Positions 17,666 through 27,815 of a stretch of 64,000 nt of DNA are shown here, in pieces. The stretch comes from Chloroflexota bacterium (lineage in GTDB: Bacteria; Chloroflexota; Limnocylindria; QHBO01). The stretch's first letter is position 1; each line of letters opens with the position of its first letter. Location: contig JAILWI010000002.1 of assembly GCA_025699005.1 (NCBI GenBank), forward strand, positions 25,403 to 89,402. Direction: 5' to 3'. Under the pieces are notes generated by a model. It saw only the letters and a program-made list of their open reading frames with translations. It did not search any database and was not told where the DNA came from. Position numbers and translations under genes: made by a program.

Positions 17666-18211
17666 ATGCGGGGGTGGTCGGTCGGGCTGATCGCGATCTT
17701 CGCCGTGATCGTCGCGGGCGGTTGTGCCATCGGCGGACCGTCCGTTTCCTCGCCCACCGGGCCGATCGAGCTGCTTCCGGGCGCTCCCGAGCCCGACGGC
17801 GAGATCAGCGTGCCGGTGACCGGATCCACGTCCGATACCGGGTGGCGAATGCTCATCTGGCGATCCGGTGACCTGCGGTGCCGCCAGCTCGATGTCGTGG
17901 CCGCCCCGAACCTCGCCAGCTCGAACCTCGACTGCGGCCGGCTCGTCGAAGGACCGCCCTTCCTGTCGGTCACCGTTGGGGCGGACCTGGCCGGGGTCCG
18001 CGCAGTTCACGGCTTCGTCGATGTGGATGTCGAGTCGGTGAGTGCCCGCGGCCATGACGGTCGCACCTACGACACCCAGGTGATCCCCGGCGTGTTGGCC
18101 GGCTCCGATTCCGGGCTGTTCGTGATCCTCTACCCGCCAGGGGAGTCGATCGTCGCCATCACGGCCTACGGCGCCAACGGGGCTGTCCTGGAAGGGCGTA
18201 AGGTCGAGTGA
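17666..18211 (+). CDS. Hypothetical lipoprotein
   Basis: A signal peptide with a lipobox-like IVAGGC. I recognised no domain. It starts 4 nt after the guaA stop. Confidence 0.5.
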   Translation: MRGWSVGLIAIFAVIVAGGCAIGGPSVSSPTGPIELLPGAPEPDGEISVPVTGSTSDTGWRMLIWRSGDLRCRQLDVVAAPNLASSNLDCGRLVEGPPFLSVTVGADLAGVRAVHGFVDVDVESVSARGHDGRTYDTQVIPGVLAGSDSGLFVILYPPGESIVAITAYGANGAVLEGRKVE

Positions 18212-18318
18212 CGCGCTCGGGTGCGCCGGCACTCGCTCGCTCGTCCTCATCGTCGCTGGCGGGTCGACGAGACGGGCGCCCTGGGCCCACCGTACGGGGG
18301 AGCGGGCAAGCCGGTAGC

Positions 18319-21294
18319 ATGGTCCACCACATGTCATCGTGGTTCGACAAGCTCCTCGAGGAGCTGCAACGCCGCCAGGAAGAGGCCGACGCGCGAAGCG
18401 AGGGTCGCCCTTACCAGCGCCCTCCGCGTCCCGAGCGCAACGTCACGCCCCTCGACGAGGAGCGCCAGCGCCGCACCGGTCGCGTCAACGGCGGTGGCAA
18501 TGGACCGGGCGCTCCACCCGTGGCCACCGATCTCCCGTGGCGCCGATGGATCGTCATCGGCGGTGCCGTCGTAGCCCTGCTCGTGCTGCTGGGCCTGCTC
18601 GGCGGCCTCGTGAGCCTCATCACCGACATCATGTGGTACGACGCGCTCGGCCGGCGCGACGTCCTCTTCACGCGCTTCTGGGCCCAGCTCGCGCTCTTCG
18701 GCATCGGCTTCGCGGCGATGCTCGTCCCGGTCCTGCTGAGCGTCTGGCTGGCGGGCCGCATCGCGCCGCAGACGCCGGTTCGCCAGCTCGGCGGTATCGA
18801 GCTTCCCGACGCGTCGCGCCTGATCGGCATCGGGCTGGCGGTCGTCGCCGTGCTGCTCGCGCTCGGCTCGGGCGCAGCCTGGAGCGGCTCATGGGAGACG
18901 GTGCTGCTCTTCATCAACGGCGCCGAATGGGGGATCGACGACCCGACGCTCGGCCGCGACATCGGCTTCTACGTCTTCGACCTCCCGTTCTGGCGGTTCC
19001 TCCTGGGCTGGGGCTCCACCACGCTCATCGTCATCGGCCTGCTGACGGTCGGGACGTATGCCGCCCGGGCCCTGCGCTGGCAGTTCCACCTCACGGCACC
19101 GGTGCGGGCGCACCTCTCGGTCATCGGCGCGCTGTTCCTGGTGGTCATCGCAGGCGGGTACCAGCTCGACATCGCCGAGCTCGCGTACTCGACGCGGGGC
19201 ATCGGCGGCGCAGTGCAGGCCGCCACCTTCACCGACATGAATGCCCAGTACCCGGCCTACGTCATCCTCACCGTGGTGGCGCTCGTCTCGGCGGCTCTCC
19301 TGCTGGCGAACACCCTCTTCCGCACGCTCTGGCTGCTCGGCCTCGCCGCGGGCGCGTGGTTCGTGCTCTCGATCCTGGTCGGGGGCCTGTACCCGGGGTT
19401 CGTCCAGCGCGTGCAGGTCGAGCCGAACGAGCTCGAGGTCGAGCGACCGTTCCTGGCGAACCACCTCGAGGCGACACGCTCGGCATTCGGGCTCGACGAG
19501 GCCGAGCTGCGCCGGTTCACCGGTGAGCAGGAGCTGACCCGTGAGGTATTCGACGGCGACGAGGCGACCGTGTCGAACCTCCGCCTGTGGGACTACCGAC
19601 CGCTCCTCACGACCTTCGGACAGCAGCAGATCCTGCGGCAGTACTACACGTTCACCGACGTGGATATCGACCGCTACGACGTGAGCGGGGAGCAGCGGCA
19701 GATCATGCTCAGCGCACGCGAGCTCGACATCGAGCGCCTGGCCGACCAGGCACGGACCTGGACCAACGAGCGGTTGGTATTCACCCACGGCTACGGGATC
19801 ACGGCCGTGCCGGTGGACGCGGTGACGCCGGAGGGCCAGCCGGACTACCTGGTGAGCGGCATCAACCGGGATCCACAGCTGCCCGTCGACCAGCCGCGCA
19901 TCTACTTCGGCGAGGTCACCGACTCCTACGTCGTCACCGGCACCACGACCTCCGAGTTCGACTTCCCCCTCGACAACCGCGATGACGGCCAGGGCGAGAC
20001 CACGCGGTGGGACGGCTCGAGCGGGGTGGATGTCGGCAACCTGCTGACGCGCGGCCTCTTCGCCATGCACTTCGGCGACTTCAACCTGCTCATCAGCAAC
20101 CAGCTGACCGACGAGTCACAGATCCTCTTCCGTCGCGACATCCGGGAGCGCGTCCCGGAGATCGCCCCGTTCCTGGCCTACGACGGCGACCCGTACCTCG
20201 TCGCCGCCGACGATCGCCTCGTCTGGATCTGGGACGCCTACACGGTGTCGAACCGCTACCCGAACGCGCAGCCGCTCGACGAGGGCCGTTTCGCCGGCGC
20301 GAACTACATCCGCAACAGCGTGAAGGTCGTGGTCGACGCCTACGAGGGCACGGTCGACTTCTACGTGGCCGACCCGGACGATCCGATCCTCGCCGCCTAC
20401 GCACGCATCTTCCCGACGCTGTTCGAGCCGCTGTCCGCGATGTCGCAGGACCTGGTGGCCCACCTGCGCTATCCCGAGGACCTCTTCACGGCCCAGAACA
20501 TGGCGCTCCGGCTCTACCACCTCCCGGCGACCGAGCGTGGCGCCACGACCTTCTACAACCAGGAGGACCGGTGGGCCATTCCGAACGACGTGAGCGCGCC
20601 GCAGGCCGAGCCGATGGAGCCCTACTACGTCACGATGCGGATCCCGGGCGAGGATGAGCCCGAGTTCGTCCTCATCCAGCCGATGGTGGCCGAGAGCCGT
20701 CCGAACATGATCGCCTGGTCAGCCGCGCGCTCGGATCCGGGCGTCTATGGCGAGCGCATCGTCTTCCGGTTCCCGTCCGACACCACGACGCTCGGGCCCG
20801 CCCAGGTCGAGGCCAAGATCAACCAGGACGACACGATCAGCGAGCAGTTCACGCTGTGGACGAACGCCGGGTCGCGCGTGGTGCGCGGCAACCTGCTGGT
20901 CCTGCCGATCGGCGACGACGGGCTCCTCTATGTCGAGCCGATCTTCCTCCAGGCCGAGGGCGCGCCCTTCCCCGAGTTCGTGCGCGTGATCATGGCCGAC
21001 CAGCGCAACGTCGCCTTTGCCGAGACGGTGGAGGAGGGGCTCCGGCAGCTCCTCGGCGAGGCGGAGCCGCCGCCGCCCGAGCCACCGCAGCCGAGCCCGT
21101 CACCGGGCGAGTCTCCGACGCCGGAACCGACTCCCGGCGAGCTGCCGTCCGACGCGGCCGGCCTGATCGCGGAGGCCCAGCGCCTCTACGATGCCGCCCA
21201 GGCGGCGCTCGATCGGGGCGACCTGGGAGCCTACCAGGAGCGAATCGACGAGCTGGCCGACGTCCTGGACGCATTGGCGGCCCTGTCCGAATAG
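18319..21294 (+). CDS. UPF0182 family large polytopic membrane protein
   Basis: About 990 aa. The N-terminal multi-TM region has ITDIMWYDALG...VLFTRFW. The large C-terminal domain has ERLVFTHGYG, WIWDAYT.SNRYP and PYY..M.IPG. The tail is Pro-rich. Confidence 0.85.
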   Translation: MVHHMSSWFDKLLEELQRRQEEADARSEGRPYQRPPRPERNVTPLDEERQRRTGRVNGGGNGPGAPPVATDLPWRRWIVIGGAVVALLVLLGLLGGLVSLITDIMWYDALGRRDVLFTRFWAQLALFGIGFAAMLVPVLLSVWLAGRIAPQTPVRQLGGIELPDASRLIGIGLAVVAVLLALGSGAAWSGSWETVLLFINGAEWGIDDPTLGRDIGFYVFDLPFWRFLLGWGSTTLIVIGLLTVGTYAARALRWQFHLTAPVRAHLSVIGALFLVVIAGGYQLDIAELAYSTRGIGGAVQAATFTDMNAQYPAYVILTVVALVSAALLLANTLFRTLWLLGLAAGAWFVLSILVGGLYPGFVQRVQVEPNELEVERPFLANHLEATRSAFGLDEAELRRFTGEQELTREVFDGDEATVSNLRLWDYRPLLTTFGQQQILRQYYTFTDVDIDRYDVSGEQRQIMLSARELDIERLADQARTWTNERLVFTHGYGITAVPVDAVTPEGQPDYLVSGINRDPQLPVDQPRIYFGEVTDSYVVTGTTTSEFDFPLDNRDDGQGETTRWDGSSGVDVGNLLTRGLFAMHFGDFNLLISNQLTDESQILFRRDIRERVPEIAPFLAYDGDPYLVAADDRLVWIWDAYTVSNRYPNAQPLDEGRFAGANYIRNSVKVVVDAYEGTVDFYVADPDDPILAAYARIFPTLFEPLSAMSQDLVAHLRYPEDLFTAQNMALRLYHLPATERGATTFYNQEDRWAIPNDVSAPQAEPMEPYYVTMRIPGEDEPEFVLIQPMVAESRPNMIAWSAARSDPGVYGERIVFRFPSDTTTLGPAQVEAKINQDDTISEQFTLWTNAGSRVVRGNLLVLPIGDDGLLYVEPIFLQAEGAPFPEFVRVIMADQRNVAFAETVEEGLRQLLGEAEPPPPEPPQPSPSPGESPTPEPTPGELPSDAAGLIAEAQRLYDAAQAALDRGDLGAYQERIDELADVLDALAALSE

Positions 21295-21337
21295 CAGCAC
21301 GACGCCCCGCGGGCCATGCGGCCCACGGGGCGTGCTG
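21295..21337. terminator. Bidirectional imperfect hairpin between the convergent UPF0182 and S8 protease genes
   Basis: CAGCACGacGCCCCGcGGGCC-atgc-GGCCCaCGGGGCGTGCTG pairs about 17 bp, with one bulge and one mismatch. Confidence 0.5.
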
Positions 21338-21345
21338 GTCCGGGG

Positions 21346-23106
21346 TCAGTTCTTGTCGTAGACCTCGAACGAACCGGCATAGTCGGTCGGGATGTTCACC
21401 CGGCCATAGACCCCCACCGTCCACGTACCCGGCATCGGGTCGGTGACGATGAGCGCTCGATGGTTCACGGCCCCGATGTCGAGGAGCGCCGCCGAGGTGC
21501 CGGCGATCTCGCAGTTCGGGTCGTACCACTGCAGGTAGATGAGCTGGTTCGGATCGTCCCACTCGATCTCGACGTAGATCGTGTCGGTGCCCGCCGTGAC
21601 GGTGAACTCATGGTGGTTGAGCAGGCCCGTGCTGTCCGGGCACTCGGCCTGCGTCCACGTCGGTGCCAGGACCGTCCCGGAGAACGGCTCCTCGCCGACC
21701 TGGGTGAACTGCGGCGTGCGACCGTTCACCGACGGCGGGAAGCGGACCTTTCCCTTCTCGGCGGCGGCCACCGCGGCGAACGCGTCGAGGTGGCCCATGC
21801 CGACCTCGAAGATCTCGTAGGCCGGCATGTCGGACGCCGTCCCTTCGAGGATGTCGATCACGTGCTGCGGCGTCAGTTGCGGGCGCGCCTCGAGCATGAG
21901 CGCGACGGCACCCGCAACGTGCGGCGTCGCCATCGACGTGCCGTCGGCGTAGGTGTACATCGGGTACTCGGGATCGACGCCACCGGCCATGAGCGTCGCC
22001 GTGGAGCTCTTGGCGGCCTCGATCTCCTGGCCCGGTGCCGTGACCGTCGGCCGGTAGATGCCGGTGTCGCTGCGCTGAGCCGCCCGACGATCCCACGGAC
22101 CCTCGAGACGACCCCGCGAGCTGAAGTCGGCGAGAGCCAGGTCCTTGGTCCCGGCTGCGACGCTCACGACCCACGGGGAGGCCGAATACGGGTTCAGCGT
22201 GTTCGGCCCGCCGGAGTTCGAGGCGGCGAAGACGACCGTGACGCTCGCGTCGTACAGCGCCTTGGTGGCGACATTCACCGGATCGTCCGGGTGGTAGTCG
22301 GCGCCGTCACAGCAGCCCCAGCTGTTGCTGCTCACGCGGATGCCGAGCTCGGGATGGCTGAGGATGTAGTCGAAGCTGGTCAGGATCCACCCGTCGAGGA
22401 GAACGGCCCCCGCATCGGTCTTGAAGGAGTGGACCGTGGCACCGGGCGCGACGCCGACGAAGCGGCCGCCCGAGGCGGCGCCCGAGCCGGCGATCGTGCT
22501 CGAGACGTGCGTCCCGTGGCCGTAGGTGTCGACCGTCGGGCTCGGGGCGACGACCGCGGGGTCGGCAGCGAACGGATCGCCGACGACGTTGTAGGAGATC
22601 GCGGACGCAAGGTCCGGGTGGGTCGAGTCGATGCCGGTGTCGATCACGGCGACGCCGATGCCGGCTCCCGTGTACGGGGTGCGCAGGCCCTCGCCGCGCT
22701 GGACACGGTCGGCGCCGATGAGGGCAACGCTCTCGTCGAGGATGAGCTCCTGCTCCTGGTTGTGCCAGAGCGAGCGCACCTCGGGCCAGGTCGCCAGGTC
22801 GCGGATCTGCGCCGCGGTCAGCGTGGCCATGGCCATAGGCAGGGTGGCCAGGCGGGTGCCGCCCGCATCGAGAGCGTCGAAGCGAGCCATACCGCCGCGG
22901 TCATGGAAGGTGACGATGGTCGGCATGCTGGCGGCATCGTCGGCCGTGGCGAGCCACGTCGAGAGCTCACCCGACAGGGTCGCGGGAGCCGCCGCATCGG
23001 CGGTCCGCGGCGTGCCGGCGAACAGGGCCGTCACCGCGACGAGCGCTGCGATGAGCATCGCCAGCGGCATCCGGGCTCGGTCGAGCGCCGGGGCGTGGAT
23101 GGACAT
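21346..23106 (-). CDS. Secreted subtilisin-like serine protease (peptidase S8) with propeptide and C-terminal PPC-like domain
   Basis: Catalytic triad contexts VAVIDTGID, HGTHVSSTIAG and GTSMATPHVAGAVALM. A signal peptide is present. The ATG at 23106 is preceded by AGGAGAA. The 78 upstream codons of the track ORF were rejected. Confidence 0.85.
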   Translation of the reverse strand: MSIHAPALDRARMPLAMLIAALVAVTALFAGTPRTADAAAPATLSGELSTWLATADDAASMPTIVTFHDRGGMARFDALDAGGTRLATLPMAMATLTAAQIRDLATWPEVRSLWHNQEQELILDESVALIGADRVQRGEGLRTPYTGAGIGVAVIDTGIDSTHPDLASAISYNVVGDPFAADPAVVAPSPTVDTYGHGTHVSSTIAGSGAASGGRFVGVAPGATVHSFKTDAGAVLLDGWILTSFDYILSHPELGIRVSSNSWGCCDGADYHPDDPVNVATKALYDASVTVVFAASNSGGPNTLNPYSASPWVVSVAAGTKDLALADFSSRGRLEGPWDRRAAQRSDTGIYRPTVTAPGQEIEAAKSSTATLMAGGVDPEYPMYTYADGTSMATPHVAGAVALMLEARPQLTPQHVIDILEGTASDMPAYEIFEVGMGHLDAFAAVAAAEKGKVRFPPSVNGRTPQFTQVGEEPFSGTVLAPTWTQAECPDSTGLLNHHEFTVTAGTDTIYVEIEWDDPNQLIYLQWYDPNCEIAGTSAALLDIGAVNHRALIVTDPMPGTWTVGVYGRVNIPTDYAGSFEVYDKN

Positions 23107-23211
23107 GTGTTCGGTTCTCCTGCTGACGTCGTTGCTCGGGCCGCGACGAGGGCGGCAGGTGGCATGCCGTGGGGTCCGGTCCCCGCTCACGGAACGGTCC
23201 CGATCCGCTCG

Positions 23212-23223
23212 TTTCGTACGAAA
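23212..23223. promoter_or_regulatory. Perfect 12-bp palindrome TTTCGTACGAAA in the S8-protease/purD divergent intergenic region
   Basis: The sequence is self-complementary and AT-rich in a GC-rich context. It is flanked by GCTCG...CGAGC. It ends 57 nt upstream of the purD ATG. Confidence 0.3.
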
Positions 23224-23279
23224 GTCGAGCTCCATGCCTCGGCCACGGCCCGTCGTCCGGGAGTCGGTACACTCGCGCC

Positions 23280-24575
23280 ATGGACGTTCTGGTCGTTGGA
23301 TCCGGCGGTCGCGAACACGCCCTGGCGTGGCGCCTGGCACGCGATGAGAGCGTCCGCCGCGTACGGATCGCCCCCGGCAACGGCGGCACCGCGGCCGTTG
23401 GCGAGAACGTGGACCTCGACCCGACGGACATCACCGCCGTGGCCCGCCACGCGGTGCGTGAGCGCTACGGGCTCGTGGTGATCGGGCCGGAGGGTCCGCT
23501 CGCCGGCGGTCTCGCGGACGAGCTGGCCGCCGCGCGCGTGCCGGTCTTCGGGCCGACGCGCGCTGCGGCTCGTCTGGAATCGAGCAAGGCGTTCGCGAAG
23601 CGGCAGATGGAACGCGCCGGTGTCCCGACCGCCACGGCCGTCGCATACACCGACGCCGGTGCGGCGCTCGCTCACCTCGCAACGCTCGAACTGCCTCCGG
23701 TGGTGAAGGCTGACTGGCTCGCTGCGGGCAAGGGCGTGATCGTGCCGGACAGCATGGAGGCCGCCGAGGCGGCGGTGCGCGAGCTGTTCGCCGGGGTCGC
23801 GGGCCGTGCCCGAATCCTGCTCGAGGACCGGCTCACGGGGCCCGAAGTGAGCGCCTTCGCCCTCGTAAGCGACGAGACCGTGGTGCCGCTCGGGGCGGCG
23901 TGTGACTACAAGCGCCTGGGCGACCGCGACGAGGGACCGAACACCGGTGGCATGGGCGCCTACACGGCGGTTCCCTGGTTCGGCGCTGAAGAGCTCGAGC
24001 GCGCCGCGGCGGAGATCTTCGAGCCGATCGCCTGGCGCATGGTCCGCGACGGGTTCCCGTACCGGGGCGTGCTCTACGCCGGGTTGATGCTCACCCCGAC
24101 CGGGCCGATGGTGATCGAGTTCAACGCTCGATTCGGCGACCCGGAGGCCCAGGTCCTGCTGCCGATGCTCGATGGAGATCTGTCCGCCGCGCTCCTCGGG
24201 TCAGCCACTGCGGACCGAAGCCTGATGGAGGACGCGATGCAGCCGCGGAGCGGTGCAAGCGTCGGCGTCGTCCTCGCGTCGGAGGGCTATCCCGATGCGC
24301 CCCGCGTGGGACGGCTCGTCGAGGGCCTCGAGCCCTCGTCCGCAGCCGATGACGGCGACGTGCTCTGCTTCCACGGCGGGACTCGCCGGCGGGCGGACGG
24401 CGCGTACGAGACCTCCGGCGGGCGGGTGGCGACGGTCGTCGGCCGCGGGTCGAGCCTGGCGGAGGCGCGCGCCGCCGCGTACGGCGGCATCACGAGCGCT
24501 CGACTGGACGGTGGCCGCTACCGAGAGGACATCGCGGCGCGCGAGCTCCAGCCGATCGACACGGCCTCGACCTGA
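23280..24575 (+). CDS. purD: Phosphoribosylamine-glycine ligase
   Basis: MDVLVVGSGGREHALAWRL... and the ATP-grasp block. The -10-like TACACT ends 7 nt before the ATG, with no SD (leaderless candidate). Confidence 0.95.
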   Translation: MDVLVVGSGGREHALAWRLARDESVRRVRIAPGNGGTAAVGENVDLDPTDITAVARHAVRERYGLVVIGPEGPLAGGLADELAAARVPVFGPTRAAARLESSKAFAKRQMERAGVPTATAVAYTDAGAALAHLATLELPPVVKADWLAAGKGVIVPDSMEAAEAAVRELFAGVAGRARILLEDRLTGPEVSAFALVSDETVVPLGAACDYKRLGDRDEGPNTGGMGAYTAVPWFGAEELERAAAEIFEPIAWRMVRDGFPYRGVLYAGLMLTPTGPMVIEFNARFGDPEAQVLLPMLDGDLSAALLGSATADRSLMEDAMQPRSGASVGVVLASEGYPDAPRVGRLVEGLEPSSAADDGDVLCFHGGTRRRADGAYETSGGRVATVVGRGSSLAEARAAAYGGITSARLDGGRYREDIAARELQPIDTAST

Positions 24576-24597
24576 CGCGACGCGAGGTGCGCTGCGC

Positions 24598-25875
24598 TCA
24601 GCGGCGGGCGCTGCCCGGGACCTTCACGTCGACCCACACCAGGCGATGGTCGCTGCTCGGCACCGGGAAGCCGGTGCCCGTCAGGTACACGAGGTCGTCG
24701 CCCGGCGCGGGCCAGAAGACGCCCGCATCGGTGATCTTCAGGCTTCGGCCGGGGAGCACGTAGTCCGCCCGAAGGTTCCCCGGACCGCGGCACGGCGGCG
24801 GCGCGGCGAAGTCACAGAAGTCGGCGGTGTCGAATGCCGGATCGCCGGCATGCGAGTCGTTCAGCTCGTTCTGCACGATCGCCCATTCGGTGCCTCCGGC
24901 GCTCGACGGAGTGACCGTCGTGTTGATCCGCGGGTTGTCGAGCAGCTGCTGGATCGACCCGGGAATGCTGTCACCGTCGAGCGGGTCGGAGTTCTGGTCG
25001 CCGGCGATCACGAACTTCGATCCCGGCTTCAGGCCGCCGACCACGCCCTCGTCGTCGTAGATGTAACCGTTCCTGCCGGGTGTCACGTAGTCGGCCCAGA
25101 ACCGGATCTCGTCGAAGTTCCGCGTTCCGTTTCGATCCTCCGGTCCGTCGAAGACGGGGGGTGTCGGGTGGCTCACCAGGAAGTGGACCGTGGTGCCTCC
25201 GACGTCGATGGGAACGTCCCAGTGGGACTTGGACGAGAGGCGGAAGACATCGAGCTCCTCGGCCGAGTACCAATCGGCGGGCCCGGGGATCGCGGGATCG
25301 TCGGGGAGCAGCGCGCCCGGCATGTCCTTCCAGAGGAACACCTGGAAGGTCCGGGCCGCATCGGCATCGATCGGGTACTTCGACAGGACGAGCATCCCGA
25401 ACTGCCCCGGGAAGAAGCCGAAGCCGAACGAGTCGTTCGGCACGAAGTCACCGGCCGCCCCGCTGTTGTCGAGGTCGAAGCCCGAGTAGATCCCGGTGTT
25501 CGACGGAGCGATGAAGAGGTAGGGGTACTCGATCGGGGCAGCGCCGCCCTGTGAGACCTCCAGGTAGTTGTCGCGGAAGCGCTCGGCGGCCGCCGGGTCG
25601 TAGTCGAACTCGTTGATGAGGAGCACATCGGGGCGGGTGCGCTGGATGATCTCGGCCACCGCTGCCGGCTGGGCGCTGCCGGGGGCCGCCAGCTCGCTGG
25701 CGAGAGCGCCGGCGCTGCCACGGTTCAGGCTCGCGTTGAACGTGGCGAACCGCACCGCATCCGGTGGTGCCGCGCTCACCCGCGGCGCGATCAGGGCGCC
25801 CGCGGCGAGCAATGCCGCCATGGCGAGGACGGCGGCGACCGCGGTTCGCGGCCGATCGAGGGTCTGGACGATCAT
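24598..25875 (-). CDS. Secreted endonuclease/exonuclease/phosphatase (EEP) family protein
   Basis: Signal peptide, then RFATFNASLNR...RPDVLLINEFDY...SDHRLVWVDV. The ATG at 25875 is preceded by GAAGGAG. Confidence 0.75.
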   Translation of the reverse strand: MIVQTLDRPRTAVAAVLAMAALLAAGALIAPRVSAAPPDAVRFATFNASLNRGSAGALASELAAPGSAQPAAVAEIIQRTRPDVLLINEFDYDPAAAERFRDNYLEVSQGGAAPIEYPYLFIAPSNTGIYSGFDLDNSGAAGDFVPNDSFGFGFFPGQFGMLVLSKYPIDADAARTFQVFLWKDMPGALLPDDPAIPGPADWYSAEELDVFRLSSKSHWDVPIDVGGTTVHFLVSHPTPPVFDGPEDRNGTRNFDEIRFWADYVTPGRNGYIYDDEGVVGGLKPGSKFVIAGDQNSDPLDGDSIPGSIQQLLDNPRINTTVTPSSAGGTEWAIVQNELNDSHAGDPAFDTADFCDFAAPPPCRGPGNLRADYVLPGRSLKITDAGVFWPAPGDDLVYLTGTGFPVPSSDHRLVWVDVKVPGSARR

Positions 25876-25993
25876 GGGTGTGCTCCTTCGTCGGTGGGTC
25901 GTCGCGACCCGGACGGGACCACCGTGGATGTGGCGGCCGACGAGGTACCCAATGCTACAGCGCCTTTCCAAGACGGCACGTATGCTTCGCGCC

Positions 25994-26488
25994 ATGTCGA
26001 CCACTGCAACCGTCGCCGTGCTCTGCGGCTCCCGCTCCGACCTCTCCACCCTCAAAGGCTGCTTCGACGTGCTCGACAGCTACGAGATCAGCTGGGAGGC
26101 CTCGGTCATCAGCGCGCATCGCCAGGCCGATGCGCTCCATGCCTACGTCGCCGAGGCCGAGGCCGCCGGCGTGCAGCTCTTCATCGGCGCGGCCGGTCTG
26201 GCCGCGCACCTGCCGGGCGTGCTTGCCAGCCTCACGGCGAAGCCGGTCATCGGGATCCCGCTCGATGGCGGAGCCCTCGGCGGCGCCGATGCGCTGTACG
26301 CGGTGGTCCAGATGCCGCCGGGCGTGCCGGTCGCGACGGTCGCCATCGGGAGCGCGGGAGCGAAGAACGCGGCGCACCTGGCCGCCCGGATCCTGGCCCT
26401 GTCGGACGAGAAGGTCGCCGAGCGGGTCGCCGCCTTCCGAACCGACCAGGCGTCGAAGGCCGAGCTTCGCATCGACCCGCGGGCGTGA
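25994..26488 (+). CDS. purE: N5-carboxyaminoimidazole ribonucleotide mutase (class I PurE-like, SAHR motif)
   Basis: [11 protein letters not shown]...VISAHRQAD...[12 protein letters not shown]...PVIGIP...[13 protein letters not shown]. Confidence 0.9.
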   Translation: MSTTATVAVLCGSRSDLSTLKGCFDVLDSYEISWEASVISAHRQADALHAYVAEAEAAGVQLFIGAAGLAAHLPGVLASLTAKPVIGIPLDGGALGGADALYAVVQMPPGVPVATVAIGSAGAKNAAHLAARILALSDEKVAERVAAFRTDQASKAELRIDPRA

Positions 26489-26492
26489 GCCG

Positions 26493-27800
26493 GTGATCGA
26501 TCGGTATGCGCTGCCCGAGCTTCGCGAGATCTTCGGCGAGGCCCGCAAGCTCGCGCTCTGGCTCCGGATCGAGGTCCTGGCCGTCGAGGCGCTGAATCGC
26601 GCGGGGGTCGTGCCTGACGCCGACTGGGAGCGGATTCGCAGGGCGGCCACGTCGGTGGATCCGGAACGGGCGCGGGAGATCGAGCGGGAGTCGCAGCACG
26701 ACGTGATCGCCTTCCTGCGGTCGGTCACCGAGGGTCTCGGCCCCGAGGGGCGCTGGCTCCACTACGGCCTGACGAGCTCCGACGTGCTCGACACGGCCAC
26801 CGCCGTCGTGCTGCGCGACGCGACCGGGGTCCTCGAGGGCGAGCTCCGCCGCCTGGCGGAGGTGACGCGCCGGCTCGCGATCGAGCACCGCGCCACGCCC
26901 CAGGTCGGTCGCAGCCACGGCATCCACGCGGAGCCGATCACGTTCGGCTTCAAGGTCGCCGGCTGGCTCGCCGAGCTCGAACGCGACCAGGAGCGTCTGG
27001 CGCGGGCCGGCGCCCAGATCGCGGTCGGGTCGATCTCCGGGGCGGTCGGCACCCACGCGAACGTCAGCGGCGACGTCGAGCGTCACATCCTCGATGGGCT
27101 CGGGCTGGCCGCGGACCCGGCCCCCACCCAGGTGGTCAGCCGCGATCGCCACGCGGAGCTGCTGACCACGATCGCCATCCTCGGCGGCACGCTGGAGCGG
27201 ATCTCGATCGAGCTGCGCCACCTCCAGCGCACCGAGGTCGGCGAGGCATTCGAGCCGTTCGGCTCCGGACAGCAGGGCAGCAGCGCCATGCCGCACAAGC
27301 GAAACCCGATCCTGGCCGAGCGAGTCTCCGGCATGGCTCGCCTGCTCCGCGCGGACGCGCTCGTGGCCCTCGAGAACATGGCGCTCTGGCACGAACGGGA
27401 CATCAGCCACAGCTCGGCCGAGCGCTTCGTCTTCGAGCGGGCGCTCGGGGTTGCCGCATACGCGACACGAACACTGGCGGACATCCTCGATGGCCTCGAG
27501 GTCGATGCAGATCGGATGCGCGCCAACCTCGACGAGCTCGGCGGGATGGTCTACTCGGAGGCGCTGCTGCTGGCCATGATCGCGAGGGGGGCCGATCGCC
27601 AGGCCGCCTACCGGCTGGTCCAGGCCGCCGCGAAACGGGCGTGGACCGGTGAGGTCCCGTTCCGCGAGGCATTGGCGGACGACCCTGCGGTCGGCGAGTG
27701 GCTGACCGCCGAGGAGATCGACCGCGCCATGGATCTCGAGCATCACCTCTCCGGCATCGGCGTGACCTACCGGGCGCTCGGGCTCGACGCGGCCGAGTAG
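26493..27800 (+). CDS. purB: Adenylosuccinate lyase
   Basis: [16 protein letters not shown]...[13 protein letters not shown]...[11 protein letters not shown] (fumarate-lyase signature). It starts 4 nt after the purE stop. Confidence 0.95.
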   Translation: MIDRYALPELREIFGEARKLALWLRIEVLAVEALNRAGVVPDADWERIRRAATSVDPERAREIERESQHDVIAFLRSVTEGLGPEGRWLHYGLTSSDVLDTATAVVLRDATGVLEGELRRLAEVTRRLAIEHRATPQVGRSHGIHAEPITFGFKVAGWLAELERDQERLARAGAQIAVGSISGAVGTHANVSGDVERHILDGLGLAADPAPTQVVSRDRHAELLTTIAILGGTLERISIELRHLQRTEVGEAFEPFGSGQQGSSAMPHKRNPILAERVSGMARLLRADALVALENMALWHERDISHSSAERFVFERALGVAAYATRTLADILDGLEVDADRMRANLDELGGMVYSEALLLAMIARGADRQAAYRLVQAAAKRAWTGEVPFREALADDPAVGEWLTAEEIDRAMDLEHHLSGIGVTYRALGLDAAE

Positions 27801-27815
27801 CGAGGACCGGTCAGC

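Noticed and set aside
21316-23481. A 721-aa plus-strand ORF opposite the S8 protease that runs into purD.
   Set aside because: It is antisense to a protease with an intact D/H/S triad context and signal peptide, and it has no domain signal of its own. Other long antisense ORFs fall in the same class: 1201-2775, 16288-17973, 26247-27854, 46499-48238, 49578-51680, 51574-54069 and 54030-55787.
25876-25993. Possible ZTP (pfl) or other purine-related riboswitch upstream of purE (GGGTCGTCGCGACCCGGACGGGACCACCG...). I made a similar check upstream of purD, purF, purA and guaA.
   Set aside because: There is only a superficial resemblance to the 5' half of the ZTP motif, and I could not find the conserved 3' CCGCCTGGGC-like pseudoknot partner. 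In addition, purE appears leaderless, which leaves no room for a riboswitch. No guanine/adenine riboswitch core was seen in any pur or gua leader. A cmscan run would be the decisive test.
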